DNA of 64,000 bases from Podarcis erhardii (taxonomy: Eukaryota). The stretch lies in the NCBI GenBank assembly GCA_964252035.1, contig OZ176200.1, one strand, 5' to 3'. This document shows positions 60,187 to 64,000 of this stretch, piece by piece (positions within the stretch are counted from its first letter, which is position 1; each line of letters opens with the position of its first letter). The notes below the pieces were generated by a model. The model worked only from the letters and a program-made list of their open reading frames with translations. It was not told where the DNA came from and did no database searches. The position numbers and the translations under genes are program-made.

Positions 60187-62267
60187 GCCAATTTATGAGG
60201 TATTGGGAGGAGGAGGAGGAGTTGGAGAACTGAGAGCAGACACATCCTTGGAGAGTCTGGGAACTCCCTCTCACCAGTCACTTAGAATTCAAGAGCAAAG
60301 AGTGTAACAATGTTTGACTCATGAGACCTCCTGTGGGGACACAGGGTGTTGCTGGAGAATGAAAGGGAGGGGATCAGAGTGAGCAACGTCACCATGGCGT
60401 CCAGAACTAGATTCGTTGCCTTGCTCCACAATTGCTGAATAAAACCATAAATACAAACTTCCTTGTTTCTTCTTTGATCCTGGAGGCTACTGGGGGAGGA
60501 GAGAATCCATCGAGTCCAACATTCAAACTGCAACACCATTGATTCAACGTGTGCATGCTGCAACATGCCTGCAACCTGTATGATTTCTGCATGTGTTTGT
60601 CAGGTATTGGGTCTGGCTTTCATGTTCCCTTCCTCTCCCCTTCTAACAAAGCATTATATTACTATAGCAACACTGAGTATATATAGATGTTACAGTCAGT
60701 GTTAAGATGGTGTCAGTGTGCCACTTCACTTTACTGCTTACTGTAATGTGTGCACAGACAATCTGTCAGTGCAAAAACAGTCACATCTTCAAAGCGTAAC
60801 TTCTTCCAGAAGAAGAAAAATTGGGGTGGAGATATATAAACGTGGCACTAGCTTGCAAGTACAGCGCTGGGCTTTGTATTTAATCTGGAAATCAAGAAAG
60901 AGTCGTACATCTAAATAATGTATGGCTAATATAATTATTTTGAAAGCTCTGCAAGAGGGGATGTCAGACTCCTGATAGGTTCACATCAGGGTTTCCTTTC
61001 ATTATTCGCCTCTCGTTCAATATTGCCCCTTCACTATGGATTGCATTGATTTTGTAATCAAGAAAAGTAGTCATGTGGTGATTTTTCTTCCTGGAAAAGA
61101 GGGGGAAATAACAAGGGTGCCACTCTAGGAGAAACTGTTTGGGGAAATTATCTGTAATCAGATGCTTGAGGCTGGAAATTAACATTAAGCTAATTTGTTT
61201 CCCGCTAGAAGGATCAAAATATTATATTTCCTTCTGCACAATGATCCAAATAGAAACACTGAGAATTTGGGCACGGTACATGGGGAAAAACCAAGTTTAT
61301 ACTGAAATTTCTCAGAAAAAGCAACACAAACCACTAAATATTAGGGGTCGTTCACACTTCCCCTTGCTCCATGCCTGAAAAGCATGGGTCCAAGAAGTTT
61401 GGCCTCTGCCCTGCAACTTCCCCCCAGAAAACATATTTTCCTAAAAACGTTCCATAAAGAAGACCACACCATTCAATAAGTATCTTGCATAACTCTAGCT
61501 TTAAAACCTGCTGGTCTTTATTGTGGGAGTTTATAGAAATAGTGGACATTCGCAGGGACTCACTGAGGGAGTGGGGGGGCACAGTTTTGGAGGAGTAAGG
61601 CAAATGCCACTAGAAAAACAACTAATTAACTTGGCTGCTCTGGGACTGCAATCTTTTTTTGGTCTTCTGATCTGGACATTTACCTGCAAAGTTTGGGTAA
61701 CTGTAACCTTAGCAGAGTTTGCAAGTTCTTGGTTGCTGGACAATGCACAAACTTCTTCCTGACAGGAAGCATTCCAGACAGGGCTGTACCATGGGGGAGC
61801 TGCTGGGGCGATGGCCCTGGGTGTTTCTAGGGGGTCCTGGGAGGGTGGTATGAGGAGGATGCAACAGACATGTGCCCTTCAAATCAGTCTATGAAGACAC
61901 ACTCCCCCCACTGGTTCCAGATGACTTGTTTATTGAGCATCCATCCCAATTTGTTTGCACAAACTTTGTGGGAAGGTTAGATGATGCCACACCAAGCAAT
62001 TGTTATGCCATACTTTCCAGAACATTTCCTCATCACTTTCCTTATTGTAAAAAGTGTGATTTTGCCGTTTAAACTGAAACAGGTTTGTTGTATAAGAGCA
62101 TCATATCATCTTTAACTGAGCATCCCGAATTTGCCTGCATGTTACTGAATATCACCTGAAAATAGCAACAGTTTGGAAGCACTCATAAAGTGGTCAGTCA
62201 TATGGGAGAGGTGAAGCACTGTGGGGAGCTATCTGCTCTTGCAGCAGTCATGGAAATGGTCACATGA

Positions 62268-62357
62268 CATAGCTGCCAATGTTTCCCTTTTTTTAAGGGA
62301 AATTCCCTTATTCCAAATAGGATTCCTCGCAAGGAAAGGGAAAAGTTGACAGTTATG
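62268..62357. mobile_element. 90-bp hAT-type MITE
   Basis: TIR CATAGCTGCCAA.GTTTCCCTTT / AAAGGGAAAAGTTGACAGTTATG; 8-bp TSD TCACATGA at 62260-62267 and 62358-62365. Confidence 0.85.
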
Positions 62358-63407
62358 TCACATGATCCTTCAGTAATCCAGGCATACCAGTCTCCAATTA
62401 AACTTCTAAAAGCAACAATTTGAGAATCCTAAAAGCAATTCCATACTCTCAAACTAATAATTTCAAGGTTGCCAGGCCAGAACTTTCAGCCACTGGATGC
62501 CTGGGCAAACAGGAATGTTTTTAATTCTCTCCTGGTGTCAATAGGCAGGGAGTTCCATAGTGGAGCTGCTGCTATGCCAAAATATTGATTTATTATACAG
62601 GGTCACACACATTAGCTGCTGTTGAAAGCAGGGGAACATTGGCTACTTTGCTTTTAGCACCCAATCCTGTGACTCCTATTTGTAGACTTCATACGTGGTT
62701 GTTGCAGCATGCAGAATCTTCTTGCAACAAGTTTCTCCCAGCAACTTCTTCCTCCTACCAGCTTCATCGCCTCTTGATACTGTACTATGCTCCTTCCGTT
62801 CCTTCACCTGACTCAGTCAGTGTCTGCATCTTGTGATCAGCCACCTTGGCATCAGCAAAGAAACATTTTCCTTCCATCCATCTAACTAGCTTGTGTAAAG
62901 GAGCTGCCTCACCATGCAAAGCAGAACTTGCGAGCCTCCTATCTTAACTTTGCACTTGATAGTCCACTGCCCCCCCTCCAAACCCCCCCCCCCCAAAAAA
63001 ACCACCTGATTTCTGGGTGCTTTCACTCCAGCAGGCAAGCATTCTGTAACAAAAAGCAAACACGATGACAATTTATTTAACCAACATGGCTTTTGACTCC
63101 CAGCACTCTCCATATTCCAGAGAAGATGAGCCAAGCTAATGTGACAAGGTCAGTGCTTTCACTTGAACTGTGAGGATCAAAACATTAGTCTTTTGGAAAG
63201 CTGCAGAAAATGTCAGAAAGGAGAAGAAAATCACTGCACCCTTTTCCTGACATTTCCATGCCAGATACAAACTCCATTTGTTTCCTCTACTGGCTAGTGA
63301 ATATAATGGCTGGGGACTATAATCATTGGAATGAATTATTATATGCCTATGTTGTGTGTGCATCATCACTATGTATGTTTTGTGGCATGCATTTATTTAT
63401 TTGTTAC

Positions 63408-63540
63408 ATTTAGGGAAGTTTTTAATGACTGATGCTGTATTGTTTTTAATATTCAGTTGAAAGCTGCCCAGAGTGGCTGGGGAAACCCAGCCAGATGGGC
63501 AGGGTATAAATAATAAATTATTATTAATTATTATTATATT
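63408..63540 (+). mobile_element. L2 3' end
   Basis: TTTAGGGAAGTTTTTAATG...GGGAAACCCAGCCAGATGGGCAGGGTATAAATAATAAATTATT. Confidence 0.85.
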
Positions 63541-63544
63541 ATAT

Positions 63545-63735
63545 CTCACTTTTCCTCTAATGAACTCAAGGGGGTATCCATGGTCCTCCCTCTCCCTATT
63601 TTATCCTCACAACAACCCTGTGAGGTAGGATATGCTGAGGAACAGCAACTGACCCAAGGTTACCCAGTGAGCTTCATGGCTGAGTAGAGACTAGAACCCT
63701 GGTCTCCTAGGTCTTAATCCAACACTACACTACTG
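63545..63735 (-). mobile_element. MIR/CORE-like tRNA SINE
   Basis: TTTTATCCTCACAACAACCCTGTGAGGTAGG...GACCCAAGGTTACCCAG...AGAACCCTGGTCTCC is the reverse complement of a CORE SINE. Confidence 0.75.
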
Positions 63736-64000
63736 TGTGTGATGGATGGGAGATACTCAGGACATGATACAGTCCACTCAAGGTGCAGAGAATCCTGGGA
63801 GAATTCAGTAGGCTTATGTCTGTCCACCCCATTCAGTTCTCCATCTTGCCTCAAGTTGAAGTAGCTGTTGAAACCATCCAGAATGTGTAGGGCAACCTTC
63901 TCAGACCTGATGCATCAACCTCGTCTTTTGGATTTCATCTCCCATTATCCATGGCTATTGGTCATGGTTAGGGTTCCAGCCATTACTGGAAGGCACCAGG

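Larger units (their letters stand above)
59879..60535 (+). mobile_element. solo LTR (Gypsy-like) containing a nested PLE remnant
   Basis: TGTCAGGG...GCAACA termini, flanks CCAC/CCAT, and AATAAAA at ~60439. Confidence 0.55.

Overview
This is eukaryotic, non-genic or intronic DNA from a squamate reptile. A lacertid lizard is the most likely source, inferred from Sauria/POM-type SINEs, Bov-B, lizard-type L2/CR1 3' ends and Penelope remnants. I could not support any host protein-coding gene. Nearly all ORFs in the track are chance or repeat-derived; the only convincing coding sequences are L1/Tx1 ORF1 and ORF2 pieces, an L2 RT fragment and a Bov-B ORF end. The window is a patchwork of LINE fragments, SINEs, solo LTRs, Tc1/mariner and hAT MITEs, microsatellites, a U6 pseudogene and a 130-N gap, with repeat-poor tracts that may be enhancers. 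Three observations stand out. (1) At 6.1-9.7 kb, an L1 derivative with ORF1 but only the last ~45 codons of ORF2 contains a 1.2-kb relative that is even more deleted, polyadenylated and TSD-flanked, inserted antisense in its 5'UTR. (2) There are two identical minimal hammerhead ribozyme motifs in Penelope-like remnants, 40 kb apart. (3) A Tc2/pogo-like MITE carries a 112/113-bp hairpin satellite, and one hairpin is flipped. All family names come from recall, not database searches.
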